Positions 8,065 through 17,121 of a stretch of 41,168 nucleotides of DNA are shown here, piece after piece. The stretch is from positions 1-41,168 of the forward strand of contig CAYHOC010000001.1 in assembly GCA_964358135.1 (NCBI GenBank). Direction: 5' to 3'. This DNA is from an uncultured Gammaproteobacteria bacterium. GTDB lineage: Bacteria; Patescibacteriota; Patescibacteriia; CAYHOC01. The translations under genes and the position numbers were made by a program. Position 1 is the first letter of the stretch; every line of letters starts with the position of its first letter. Under the pieces are notes generated by a model that was not told where the DNA came from, searched no databases, and saw only the letters and a list, made by a program, of their open reading frames with translations.

Positions 8065-9282
8065 ATGAAAATGAAGCGGACACAATATCTAATGGCGGTC
8101 CTAATTTTTTGGCTTTGGATAATAAGTCCGGTTTTTGCGTCCGTCAGCGATGATGTTGCCTCCCTAAATGACGCGATCTTGAAGAAAAAACAAGAAATTC
8201 AGGAAATTAACGCAAAAATTGCCGGTTTTCAAAAAAACATTGACCAGGAGAAGTCAAAATCCGCGTCTTTCATGAATCAAATGGCGCTCATAAAAAATAA
8301 AATATCCAAACTGGAGCTTGATATCCAGTCCATTCGGCTGGGAATTGAAGAGAAAAATCTTGAAATAAGCGCGCTTCAAGGAAATATTGACTTAAAGGGC
8401 GAAAAGATCAACGGAAAAAAGGATGACCTTGGAAATATCATAAAATCCATAGATAAAATGGATCGTGAAAATAAACTAAAGATTCTTGTTCAAAATGTTT
8501 CATTTTCAAATTTTTTTGACCAGATAAAATATCTTGAAGATCTGCAAACAAATCTTTTGCTGAAACTCGGAGAGTTAAAATCGCAAAAACAGGATTTGGA
8601 AGACAAAAGCAAGGAACTGGCAATTAAGAAAAATGAACTCCAGGATAAAAAAGAGCTGCTGGAAAAAACCACCTTGAGTCTTGAAGAACAACGAGTCGCA
8701 CGTTCACTCCAAATAAAAGCATCCTTAAAATCACAAACCAGGCTGGGTGGCATAGTTGCCGAGCTTCGCGACGAAATTACGCGCGTCAATGATGACATTG
8801 CGAGCATTAAGAATACAATCAAGGATAAAATAAAAAACAGCGACCAGTTTAAGCTTGGCGAAGCGGTTATTTTAAGTTGGCCGGTTGATCCCAAAAAAGG
8901 CATTTCCACATATTTTTATGATCCGGAATATCCTTTTAGATATATCTTTGAGCATCCGGGAATTGACATCCGCGCTCCGCAGGGCACGCCGGTTAAAGCC
9001 GCGGCCCCGGGATATGTCGTCAAAGCGCGCGATGCGGGAATGGGTTATAGCTATATAATTTTGATCCATTTTGATAACACCATCACGGTTTACGGACATG
9101 TTTCGCGCATTGATGTTAAAAATGATCAATTGGTTGAACGCGGACAAGTAATCGGTCTTTCCGGCGGCACGCCCAGAACCAGGGGAGCGGGAAATTTGAG
9201 CACAGGGCCGCATCTGCATCTTGAAGTCCGAAAAAGCAATACGCCGGTAAATCCGCTGGATTATTTAGTGAGTATCTATTAA
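8065..9282 (+). CDS. Secreted M23 (LytM-type) metallopeptidase with N-terminal coiled coil (EnvC-like)
   Basis: It has a signal peptide (...ISPVFASV), a long coiled-coil region, and the C-terminal motifs HPGIDI and GPHLHLEV. The ATG at 8065 is preferred to the track GTG at 8059. Confidence 0.9.
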   Translation: MKMKRTQYLMAVLIFWLWIISPVFASVSDDVASLNDAILKKKQEIQEINAKIAGFQKNIDQEKSKSASFMNQMALIKNKISKLELDIQSIRLGIEEKNLEISALQGNIDLKGEKINGKKDDLGNIIKSIDKMDRENKLKILVQNVSFSNFFDQIKYLEDLQTNLLLKLGELKSQKQDLEDKSKELAIKKNELQDKKELLEKTTLSLEEQRVARSLQIKASLKSQTRLGGIVAELRDEITRVNDDIASIKNTIKDKIKNSDQFKLGEAVILSWPVDPKKGISTYFYDPEYPFRYIFEHPGIDIRAPQGTPVKAAAPGYVVKARDAGMGYSYIILIHFDNTITVYGHVSRIDVKNDQLVERGQVIGLSGGTPRTRGAGNLSTGPHLHLEVRKSNTPVNPLDYLVSIY

Positions 9283-9290
9283 TGTTTTTC

Positions 9291-9328
9291 AAATCATAGT
9301 TTTATTCGTACGAATAAAACTATGATTT
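9291..9328 (+). terminator. 38-nt perfect palindrome downstream of the M23 gene (terminator-like)
   Basis: aaatcatagttttattcgtacgaataaaactatgattt is followed by gcggtttttta. Confidence 0.55.
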
Positions 9329-9435
9329 GCGGTTTTTTATCAATATATTTTGCGACGCATAGTAAATCTAATCTACTCTTGACACGGATAGCGACTCATG
9401 ATAAGATTTGGATAGATCATTCGAGGAGGCAAAAA

Positions 9436-9711
9436 ATGCCGCAGAAGAAACGGACAAAAAAGACCGTACATTATGAGATTAGATATAAGTGTCTATATAT
9501 ATATAATGATCGGCCGCCATTTACGCCCGAGACCTGCCGTGAAAGCTTAAAGTCAAAGACCGCTAATGCCGCCTTAGCTACATTTAAGAGCTATAAGCGG
9601 CTTTTTTCTGAGTTCTGTAACGGCTTCAAACTGATAAGAATTACGAGGACAGTAGAGACCTGTCCAAAAAAGAAGATTATTGTTTTTACAGAGGAGTTGA
9701 TCGGGTCCTAA
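9436..9711 (+). CDS. Small hypothetical basic protein (91 aa)
   Basis: GAGGAGG lies 6 nt upstream of ATG 9436, which is codon 39 of the track ORF. A weak hairpin plus T8 follows at 9729-9753. Confidence 0.5.
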   Translation: MPQKKRTKKTVHYEIRYKCLYIYNDRPPFTPETCRESLKSKTANAALATFKSYKRLFSEFCNGFKLIRITRTVETCPKKKIIVFTEELIGS

Positions 9712-9898
9712 ATGAGAAAAAGATAATAACCGCCATGTTTGGCGATTTTTTTTGTTTAATTAAAGAGTAATAGGATATCCCTCTGCCGTAATTTTTTATT
9801 CTTATGCGTCGCATAAGATACATTGTGCGACGCAAGATAGGATAAATCGTTAGCTCGGCAATTAAGCGTCTTTGGCCAAAATGTCCAGCTTCCCTATT

Positions 9899-9928
9899 CA
9901 AAACAGGCCTCTTTTGAGGCCTGTTTTG
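9899..9928. terminator. Bidirectional terminator hairpin between convergent genes
   Basis: AAAACAGGCCTC (9900-9911) pairs with GAGGCCTGTTTT (9916-9927). This is a 12-bp stem with A/T runs on both sides. Confidence 0.75.
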
Positions 9929-9934
9929 AATATT

Positions 9935-9962
9935 GTAGAGACGCAATGCATTGCGTCTCTAC
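9935..9962. repeat. GTAGAGACGC hairpin family, copy 1
   Basis: gtagagacgc-aatgcatt-gcgtctctac: perfect 10-bp arms (the loop is itself palindromic). Confidence 0.9.
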
Positions 9963-9988
9963 AAGCGACGACTACCACTTTTTTTATA

Positions 9989-10912
9989 CTACTTAAAGTA
10001 TATCTTCTCTCCGAATCTAAGGTCAATATATTTTAAGCTGCTCATCATCTTATTAAGCTTTTCAGCATATAATACCTGTAAATGATTTATTTGCGTTGGA
10101 ACATCAAGATCCAAATCAAAATATACTTCTATATTGTTCAGTAAAGTTATGATAATTTTGGGGTCATTTTCGCCTTTTATGGTAATATATTTTATTTTGA
10201 AGTCCTCGGAAATTTTCTCCACGCCGTAAGTTTTTTTTAATTCGGACAAAAATTTTTGTTTATATATCTCCGCGCCGCGGTTGTTGCCGCCAGTATTGAA
10301 ATTTCCGCCTTTTCCGCCTCTGGCGGGGGTGGAAAACATCAAAAACTGATAGCCGCTTTTCAAATCCTCATATTCCTTAAAAATATCGGCCGCCCCGGGC
10401 GTAGAACTGGCATTGTAAAAAGATGACAAATCCTTCAATTCCTTGAAGGCAACCCCCTCCCCATCCATCAGAGCAAAACGCTTTTCATAAAATATCGCAT
10501 ATTCCGGATTTCGTTCAACAACATTAACCACGAGCGCGCGGGGATATATTTTTTTAATATCAGCGCCCTTTAAGATAAAATTATCCGTCATTCCGAAAGA
10601 TATTTTCGCGGTATTTAGAAAAAAAATATTTTTATTATAGCTACGCGTTAAATAGTCCTCCAAACTTTTTTTAGTCAGCTCTTTATTTCCGGAGACGGCA
10701 ATATCAATCACGGAAAAATACGACGAGAAAAACAAAAAGTAAATCCAGCCGCCGAGCGCCAAAAACAACAAAATAAAATCTATTTTAAGACGAACTCCGC
10801 GTCGGGAAGAATTAAAAGAGTTTTTCTTTTTAAAAAAGGGGTTTTCAAATTCGCGCGGATGACGGAATTCCTTGAAATTTTTTATTTTTTTCCCTGGCCG
10901 AATATAGCGCAT
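9989..10912 (-). CDS. FtsQ-like cell division protein (POTRA domain)
   Basis: It has a basic N-terminus, one TM segment (IDFILLFLALGGWIYFLFF) and a POTRA-like VIDIAVSGNKELTKKSLEDYL. The start is set at ATG 10912 because the first 8 track codons are encoded by the hairpin repeat. Confidence 0.6.
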   Translation of the reverse strand: MRYIRPGKKIKNFKEFRHPREFENPFFKKKNSFNSSRRGVRLKIDFILLFLALGGWIYFLFFSSYFSVIDIAVSGNKELTKKSLEDYLTRSYNKNIFFLNTAKISFGMTDNFILKGADIKKIYPRALVVNVVERNPEYAIFYEKRFALMDGEGVAFKELKDLSSFYNASSTPGAADIFKEYEDLKSGYQFLMFSTPARGGKGGNFNTGGNNRGAEIYKQKFLSELKKTYGVEKISEDFKIKYITIKGENDPKIIITLLNNIEVYFDLDLDVPTQINHLQVLYAEKLNKMMSSLKYIDLRFGEKIYFK

Positions 10913-10921
10913 TTTGATAAA

Positions 10922-10949
10922 GTAGAGACGCATCATTATGCGTCTCTAT
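10922..10949. repeat. GTAGAGACGC hairpin family, copy 2
   Basis: gtagagacgc-atcattat-gcgtctctat: 9/10 arm match. Confidence 0.85.
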
Positions 10950-10971
10950 AATAAACATTGATAGATAATGA

Positions 10972-12234
10972 TTATTTTTTGGACACGATGTTTTTGAACC
11001 CGCAGTATTTTTGCAATACCGCGGGAACTTTTATGGAACCGTCTTTTTGCTGGTAATTCTCAATAATGGCAATCAAAATGCGGCCGATGGCGAAAGCCGT
11101 GCCGTTTAAGGTATGCAGAAGCTCCGTTTTTCCGTCTTTTCTTCGCATCTTGATATTAAGCCGTCTCGCCTGGTAATCGGTACAGGTTGAAGTGGAATGC
11201 GTTTCACGGTACTTCCCTTCTGACGGAATCCATGTTTCTATATCCCACTTTCTGGCCGCCGGATCGCCCAAATCGCCGCTACAGATATTAACCACTTGAT
11301 AAGGCAGTTTTAGGCCCTTCATCAGTTTTTCTTCCATTGCGAGCAAAAATTTATGTTCTTTGTCGGATTCCTCGGGCGCAGTAAAAGAAAACATTTCCAG
11401 CTTGTCAAACTGATGCACGCGCAAAATGCCGCGCGTATCCTTGCCGTAAGAACCGGCTTCGCGGCGAAAACAAGTTGAAAAAGCGATATAGCGGAGCGGC
11501 AGGTCTTTTTCGTCAATAATTTCATCCATATGCATCGGACCGACGGATTGCTCCGATGTTCCGACGAGATACAAATCATCTTGAGTTTTATAAATTTCAT
11601 CCGCTCCCCTGTCCAGATAGCCCATGGCGCCCATTGATTTTTTGCTAATCATTACCGGCGGAACAACCGGTGAAAATTTGTATTTTCGGAGCGTATGCAA
11701 AACATACTGAACAATCGCAAATTCCATCATCGCCAAATCACCCTTGATGTAACCAAACCGTGAACCGGAAACTTTGGCGGCGCGAGCCGTATCAATAATA
11801 TCCAATCTTCCTCCAAGCTCCATATAGTCCATCGGCTCGAACTTAAACTTTGGCGGCGATCCCACGGTACGCAAAACTTTATTATCGCTGCCATCTTTTC
11901 CGACAATCACATCATCTTTCGGCAGATTCGGAATCAGACGCAAAAGCGCCTGTAATTTTTCATTAGCTTCTTTCAACTTGCCGTCCAGCTTATCATTGTC
12001 GCGGTCAAACTCTTTCATGTCAGCCAATAGTTTGGCTTTTTCTTCCGCGTTAACCTGAACAATTTTTTTGGAAAAATTATTTTTGAAAGCGCGGTAATCG
12101 TCAACCTTTTTCGCCAGTTCGCGTTTGGTCGCGTCCAAACGCAAAACTTCGTCCAAATCAATATTGGCGCCTTTATTTTTTAACCCTCTCTTTACAACTT
12201 CGGGGTTCTCTCTGATAAACTTGATATCAATCAT
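10972..12234 (-). CDS. serS: Serine--tRNA ligase
   Basis: It has the N-terminal coiled-coil arm and class II motifs (FRREAGS..., GTAFAIGR). The start MIDIKFIRENPE is at 12234, which is codon 19 of the track ORF. Confidence 0.95.
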   Translation of the reverse strand: MIDIKFIRENPEVVKRGLKNKGANIDLDEVLRLDATKRELAKKVDDYRAFKNNFSKKIVQVNAEEKAKLLADMKEFDRDNDKLDGKLKEANEKLQALLRLIPNLPKDDVIVGKDGSDNKVLRTVGSPPKFKFEPMDYMELGGRLDIIDTARAAKVSGSRFGYIKGDLAMMEFAIVQYVLHTLRKYKFSPVVPPVMISKKSMGAMGYLDRGADEIYKTQDDLYLVGTSEQSVGPMHMDEIIDEKDLPLRYIAFSTCFRREAGSYGKDTRGILRVHQFDKLEMFSFTAPEESDKEHKFLLAMEEKLMKGLKLPYQVVNICSGDLGDPAARKWDIETWIPSEGKYRETHSTSTCTDYQARRLNIKMRRKDGKTELLHTLNGTAFAIGRILIAIIENYQQKDGSIKVPAVLQKYCGFKNIVSKK

Positions 12235-12343
12235 ATAAAAATGTATTTTGGATTTCACCAATGGCGCTCGCGCGCCCACGGATAACACTAATATAAATTC
12301 GTGTTATTCGCGGGGCCACGAGGCCCATTCGTGTTATCCTGAA

Positions 12344-12772
12344 TTAAGCTTTTAAGCTGATAAGATATACTCCGAAGATAGTAATGATAATTCCGAGATA
12401 TCCGACCCAACCCAGCGATTCTTTTAAGAAGATTGTTGAGAGAACCGCCGTGACGATTGGATAAGCGGCCGTGAGCGCCACAACCATTCCGGCGCCTTCG
12501 CGAAGCAGGGCATAACGGAAAGCGATCACCGCCAAACCATTAGTAGCAACGGCAACAAGCGCCCAAAGCCAGACCCATTTTGATATCTGAAATCCTTCTC
12601 GGCCGTGCAATTTATACAGAAAAAATGCGGCGACCGGCATAAATGCCAGCGCGGAAACGGTTAAAAATGCAAAAAGCGTTTGCCATGGATTACCATGAAA
12701 CAGGGCCATTTTTTCTGATAGCCCCCAAACGCCCCACATTAAAATTACCGCGGCGATTAAGAACCAGAACAT
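12344..12772 (-). CDS. EamA-like (DMT superfamily) half-size membrane transporter
   Basis: 142 aa, about 5 predicted TM helices, EamA-type pattern. Confidence 0.6.
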   Translation of the reverse strand: MFWFLIAAVILMWGVWGLSEKMALFHGNPWQTLFAFLTVSALAFMPVAAFFLYKLHGREGFQISKWVWLWALVAVATNGLAVIAFRYALLREGAGMVVALTAAYPIVTAVLSTIFLKESLGWVGYLGIIITIFGVYLISLKA

Positions 12773-12803
12773 AATAAAAACTAAATTTGTCGGATTTTAT
12801 TCC

Positions 12804-13898
12804 TTAAAGTTTTCTGTATCTTGTGGTTCTCCCCAATCCAATTCGTTCAATCTTTTTAAGTTTCAGCAATACTTCAAGGGCTTGTTTTACGGTCGGTCTC
12901 GATATTTTGGTATTTTCCGCGATATTACCCGTGCTTGTTTCTTTTATTTTTTCAATGTATCGCCAAACCATCAGTTGTTTTTCGGACAGAATTTTTTCTA
13001 TGTTTTCCTTAGATAATAATTCCACGGCGATTTGCGATTGTTTTAGAACAATACTCAAAAAGAAATCGAGCCAATCAATAATATTCTCATTTTTCACGCC
13101 CATGGATTTTTGACTGCGGCGCAAGGCGATATAATAATCGGGTTTATTTTCCTCAACTAATTTTTCATGGGAAACATAGGGTATATATGCATATCCGGCT
13201 TTAAGCAACAATAGATTTGTCAGTACGCGGGATAGTCGTCCGTTTCCATCGGTAAAAGGATGAATTTTTAAAAATTCAACTAAAAAATTTCCAATCACCA
13301 ACAATGGATGGCGCTTATTTTCCCCCAATGCTTTTTGTGTCCATTCAACCAAATCGCGCATTTGGCTGGGGGTGAGATACGCCGGCGCGGTATCAAAAAG
13401 AATACCGACTGATTGACCCGCCGCATCTATCATATGCACTTTATTTTCACCCTTTTTGTATTCGCCCCGATGTCTTTCATCCTTTTCTACATACTTCAAA
13501 AGTTCTTGATGAAAATGCTTGATTGCGCTTTCGCTCAATTTGATGCTCTCCCACGAATTAAAAACATTTTCTAATAATTCATAATATCCCCGCACCTCTT
13601 GCTTGTCGCGGCTGGTAAATTTTTGAATATTAATGCCGCGCATCAGTTTTTCAATATCTTCATCGGAAAGGCGAGATCCTTCAATACGCGTGGAAGCGCC
13701 AGTTGAGGTAATCAAAACCGATCGTTTCAATCGTCCCAAAACCTGCGGGCTTAGACGAGCGCCGGTTATCCAGCGTCCTTTTAATTCGTCAATTTTGGCG
13801 ATTTTAGAAACAAGAATAGACGGAAGCTGTTCTATCCGTTTTGAAAAATTATCCGGAGGCGAGTGTTTTTCCGTTGGTTTTTGACTTCTTTTTGGCAT
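12804..13898 (-). CDS. Fic family protein (AMPylase type) with C-terminal winged-helix domain
   Basis: The Fic motif is HPFTDGNGRLSR and the N-terminal inhibitory motif STRIEG fits [ST]xxxE[GN]. The C-terminal ...GNIAENTKISRPTVKQALEVLLKLKKIERIG is HTH-like. ATG 13898 is preferred to the track TTG at 13919. Confidence 0.88.
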   Translation of the reverse strand: MPKRSQKPTEKHSPPDNFSKRIEQLPSILVSKIAKIDELKGRWITGARLSPQVLGRLKRSVLITSTGASTRIEGSRLSDEDIEKLMRGINIQKFTSRDKQEVRGYYELLENVFNSWESIKLSESAIKHFHQELLKYVEKDERHRGEYKKGENKVHMIDAAGQSVGILFDTAPAYLTPSQMRDLVEWTQKALGENKRHPLLVIGNFLVEFLKIHPFTDGNGRLSRVLTNLLLLKAGYAYIPYVSHEKLVEENKPDYYIALRRSQKSMGVKNENIIDWLDFFLSIVLKQSQIAVELLSKENIEKILSEKQLMVWRYIEKIKETSTGNIAENTKISRPTVKQALEVLLKLKKIERIGLGRTTRYRKL

Positions 13899-13904
13899 AT
13901 TTTT

Positions 13905-13941
13905 AATTGGATATATCAACTATATCCAATTATATCCAATT
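13905..13941. promoter_or_regulatory. AATTGGATATA repeat triplet (operator-like) just upstream of fic
   Basis: aattggatata (13905-13915) faces two tandem inverse copies, tatatccaatt (13921-13931 and 13931-13941). Confidence 0.45.
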
Positions 13942-13985
13942 AGGCAGATATAGTCCATTGGCATACTCATGACTCTTGGTAATAG

Positions 13986-15467
13986 TTATTTCTCCGGCTT
14001 CAGAGTCGGAAACAAAATTACTTCTTTTACGCTGTGAGAATTGGTGAGAATCATAGTCAAACGGTCAATGCCCATGCCGAATCCGGCCGTTGGCGGCATG
14101 CCGGCGCGGAGGGCGTCAAGAAAATCCGTATCCATCCGTTGCGCCTCAATATCCCCGGATTCGCGGGCTTTTTCCTGTTCGGCAAAGCGTTCTTCCTGCT
14201 CCAGCGGGTCATTTAATTCAGAAAAAGCATTACAGAGCTCAATTCCCCCGCCCAAGACCAGCTGGAAACGCTCCACATATTTTGGACTGTCCGGTATTTT
14301 TTTCGCGAGCGGCGAGAGTTCCGGCGGATGATTGATAATAAAGGTCGGCTGGATTAAATTGGGACGAACAAATTTTTTGTACAGCTCATCCATTATCCGG
14401 CCGTGGCTATCCCCTTTTGCGACATCAACTCCAAGCGCTTTGGCCTTTTTCGCCAGTTGGTCGCGGGTTGGATATTCTTCAATATCAATTTTGGCGTATT
14501 TTTTGATTGCGTCGGAGAAAGTAACCCGCAGGTACGGCGGCGCAAAATCTATCTCGTTTTTGTCATAAACACATTTGGTCCCGCCCAAAACTTTTTTTGC
14601 CAAATACGGCAAGAGCTCCTCGGTCAACTTCATCAAATCTTCATAGTCCGCGTAGGCCTGATAAAACTCAATCTGCGTAAATTCCGGGTTGTGAAGATGA
14701 TCAATCCCCTCGTTTCTGAAACACCGGGCAATTTCATAAACGCGCTCCATACCGCCGACAATCAATCTCTTTAGATATAATTCTGGGGCGATTCGCAAAT
14801 ACATATCAATATCCAGCGCGTTGTGGCGCGTGACAAATGGCCGCGCGTTCGCTCCGCCGGGAATCGGCTGTAAAATCGGCGTTTCCACTTCCAAAAATCC
14901 TCGCGCGTCAAAAAATTCGCGGATGGCGCGGACAATCGCGCTCCGTCGCGCAAAAATCAGTTTCACCTCCGGATTGGAAATCAAATCCAAATATCTTTTG
15001 CGAAACCTGATTTCCGTGTCAGTTAGGCCGTGCCATTTTTCCGGAAGCGGAGTGAGTGACTTGGAAAGAAGCGTAAAATCTTTCACCAGCACGGTTTTTT
15101 CTCCCTTGTGGGTTAAAAATAGCCCGCCCCTTACTTCCACAAAATCGCCAATGTCAATCAAGTCCCCAAAAAAAGCATATTTTTTCGCGCCAACCTCGTC
15201 GCGTTTCAAAGCCAGTTGGATTTTTTCCGATTCGTCCTCAAGGTGCGCGAAAGTAAGCGCCCCATGGGCGCGGATGCTCCGGAGCCGGCCGGTTAAAATG
15301 ATTTTTTTTCCGTCTTTTTCCAGTTCCTTGAATTCTTCAACAACCTCGCGGATTTTGCGCGTCCGCGTTGACTTTGCCGGATAGGGATCGACTCCGAGGG
15401 CGCGGATTGTTTTAAGTTTTTCAAGACGGATTTTTTCTTCGTCGGATAATTTTATCATAAGGATCAT
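13986..15467 (-). CDS. lysS: Lysine--tRNA ligase, class II
   Basis: 493 aa. It has an OB-fold anticodon-binding N-domain and class II core motifs (FRNEG, GGGIELCNAFSELNDP, GFGMGIDRL). Confidence 0.96.
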   Translation of the reverse strand: MILMIKLSDEEKIRLEKLKTIRALGVDPYPAKSTRTRKIREVVEEFKELEKDGKKIILTGRLRSIRAHGALTFAHLEDESEKIQLALKRDEVGAKKYAFFGDLIDIGDFVEVRGGLFLTHKGEKTVLVKDFTLLSKSLTPLPEKWHGLTDTEIRFRKRYLDLISNPEVKLIFARRSAIVRAIREFFDARGFLEVETPILQPIPGGANARPFVTRHNALDIDMYLRIAPELYLKRLIVGGMERVYEIARCFRNEGIDHLHNPEFTQIEFYQAYADYEDLMKLTEELLPYLAKKVLGGTKCVYDKNEIDFAPPYLRVTFSDAIKKYAKIDIEEYPTRDQLAKKAKALGVDVAKGDSHGRIMDELYKKFVRPNLIQPTFIINHPPELSPLAKKIPDSPKYVERFQLVLGGGIELCNAFSELNDPLEQEERFAEQEKARESGDIEAQRMDTDFLDALRAGMPPTAGFGMGIDRLTMILTNSHSVKEVILFPTLKPEK

Positions 15468-15631
15468 TTAGTTTTTAATTTACAGTGAGTCGTCGGACTT
15501 TAAATTTAAGCCAGCTAAGCCAAGGGCTCCCCCTCTGGGAAGCTGAGCAACAATATAATATCATTACCCGATTTTAGTCGGCTTTGAAAGGCGCTAAGTG
15601 AAAAAATCGCTACGAGTTCTAATATATAATA

Positions 15632-15660
15632 ATTTTAAGCTAATCCGTGAACTTTGTCAA
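15632..15660 (-). promoter_or_regulatory. Sigma70-type promoter upstream of lysS
   Basis: On the minus strand: TTGACA (15660-15655), a 17-nt spacer, then TAAAAT (15637-15632). This implies a leader of about 160 nt. Confidence 0.55.
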
Positions 15661-15665
15661 AATAT

Positions 15666-15689
15666 AAAAGCCGCCAGATAGCGGCTTTT
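15666..15689 (-). terminator. Intrinsic terminator after adk
   Basis: AAAAGCCGC (15666-15674) pairs with GCGGCTTTT (15681-15689), and a T-rich run follows on the minus strand. Confidence 0.75.
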
Positions 15690-15704
15690 GAACTGATTTT
15701 GGAA

Positions 15705-16397
15705 TTATTTTTTGGCAATCGGATCAATGATTTCAGCCACTTTTTCGGTTACTTCAGCAACGGTTTGACGGCCGTCGAGCTCGCGCAAAATACCTTCGGC
15801 GCGCATAAATTCAATCGCCGGAATCGTGTTTTGGCAGTAATCCGGCAATCTTTTCTCCATAATCTTTTCCGCGGTGTCTATCGCGCGCTGAATTAAACGC
15901 CCGGCGCATTTTGTGCAGGGTGAGCCCTTCATCTTCTCAAGATTTTCCGGCGCCACCGTCATCGTCTGGCCGCATTTGTCGCAAGTCAGACGACCGGTAT
16001 TTCTGCTCACGGCGTGATGATCATCAACATCAAGAAGAATCGCGGCAACTTTTTCTTTGCCGTAATCGCGAAAAAGCTGCGGAATCAGCCGCTCGGCTTC
16101 GTAAAGCGAGCGCGGCGAGCCGGAAAAAACTATCCCCTGCCCGGTCACGGCGTATTCGTGCGCTTTTTCCGTTACCAGCGCGGCCACCCATTCAAAAGTG
16201 TTGAGTTTTCCCGATTCGTAAATTGATTTTTCACGGCGATCTTCGTCAGTTTTCGGATTGGCGATCCGGTGGCGAATTACTTCGCCGGTATTAAAGTGCG
16301 CGAGTCCGTATTTTTCCGCCAAAACTTCCGCCTGCGTTCCTTTTCCTGATCCGGGCTTGCCCATAAAAAGAACAACCATTTTTGCGTTTTTGTTCAT
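15705..16397 (-). CDS. adk: Adenylate kinase with a zinc-binding LID
   Basis: The P-loop is GKPGSGKGTQ and the LID cysteines are CDKCG...CTKCAG. Confidence 0.93.
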   Translation of the reverse strand: MNKNAKMVVLFMGKPGSGKGTQAEVLAEKYGLAHFNTGEVIRHRIANPKTDEDRREKSIYESGKLNTFEWVAALVTEKAHEYAVTGQGIVFSGSPRSLYEAERLIPQLFRDYGKEKVAAILLDVDDHHAVSRNTGRLTCDKCGQTMTVAPENLEKMKGSPCTKCAGRLIQRAIDTAEKIMEKRLPDYCQNTIPAIEFMRAEGILRELDGRQTVAEVTEKVAEIIDPIAKK

Positions 16398-16428
16398 ATC
16401 TTTAATTTAACTGAACCGCCTCCTCAGA

Positions 16429-16890
16429 TTAAAATACAGTCAATATTTTATATACTATTTTTCCGGCCGGAGTTTCCACCGCCACTTCATCTCCGGTCTT
16501 ATGCCCCAAAAATGCCCGACCGAGCGGCGATTCATTTGAAATAAGACCGTTGGCGGGAGCGGCTTCATTTTGGCCGACAATTTTATATTCTTTAATTTTT
16601 CCGTTTCCCTCAATTTTTATACTCGCCCCGACAGTAACCATGTCTCCGGATTTTTTATGAATGATGACGGCTTTTTTAATTAAATCCTCCAATTCAAAAA
16701 TACGGATCTCAACAAAAGCCTGCTGTTCCCGCGCTTCGGCATACGCCGCATTCTCCGAAAGATCACCAAAGGCCTTGGCTTCCACTATTTTTTGAATGAT
16801 TTCATGGCGGACGACTTTTTTGAGATGCTCCAGCTCGTCTTTCAGTTTCTGCAGTCCTTCGGCCGAGATATAATGCTTTATTTCATCCAT
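16429..16890 (-). CDS. greA: Transcription elongation factor GreA
   Basis: 153 aa. It has a coiled-coil N-domain with GDLSENAAYAEAREQQ and a C-terminal FKBP-like domain. Confidence 0.95.
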   Translation of the reverse strand: MDEIKHYISAEGLQKLKDELEHLKKVVRHEIIQKIVEAKAFGDLSENAAYAEAREQQAFVEIRIFELEDLIKKAVIIHKKSGDMVTVGASIKIEGNGKIKEYKIVGQNEAAPANGLISNESPLGRAFLGHKTGDEVAVETPAGKIVYKILTVF

Positions 16891-16892
16891 AA

Positions 16893-17111
16893 TTACCTGC
16901 CAATCGCCTCCCCGAACTTGGCTTTAATTTCTTTGACTTTATTTTCAATTTCCGAAAGTCGCTCCTTGCATTTTTGCGCCAACGCCAGCCCGTGTTCAAA
17001 TTCTTTCAGTGATTTTTCCAAATCAGCATCATCGCGTTCAAACTCCTCAACGATTCTTTCCAACTCGCCGAACGCCTCGCCGAAATTGAATTTTTTTGCG
17101 TCTTTATGCAT
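16893..17111 (-). CDS. xseB: Exodeoxyribonuclease VII small subunit
   Basis: FGEAFGELERIVEEFE...LEKSLKEFEHGLALAQKCKERL is the typical XseB pattern. The start is at ATG 17111. Confidence 0.88.
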   Translation of the reverse strand: MHKDAKKFNFGEAFGELERIVEEFERDDADLEKSLKEFEHGLALAQKCKERLSEIENKVKEIKAKFGEAIGR

Positions 17112-17121
17112 GGGGATACCA

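Noticed and set aside
12235-12288. N-terminal extensions proposed by the ORF track for serS. Similar extensions are proposed for the PQQ dehydrogenase (26081-26194), metG (35928-35963), xseB (17112-17156), the ftsQ-like gene (10913-10936), fic, rsmI and the restriction enzyme (TTG starts).
   Set aside because: The conserved protein N-termini begin at internal ATGs (for example MIDIKFIRENPE and MKKDKFYITTPIFY). The extensions run into repeats or neighbouring genes.
15468-15631. A T-box or lysine riboswitch in the ~160-nt lysS leader.
   Set aside because: No T-box sequence, specifier-loop architecture or L-box conserved helices are recognisable. The most obvious structure is another GC-rich repeat-type hairpin (cttccc-agag-gggggag).
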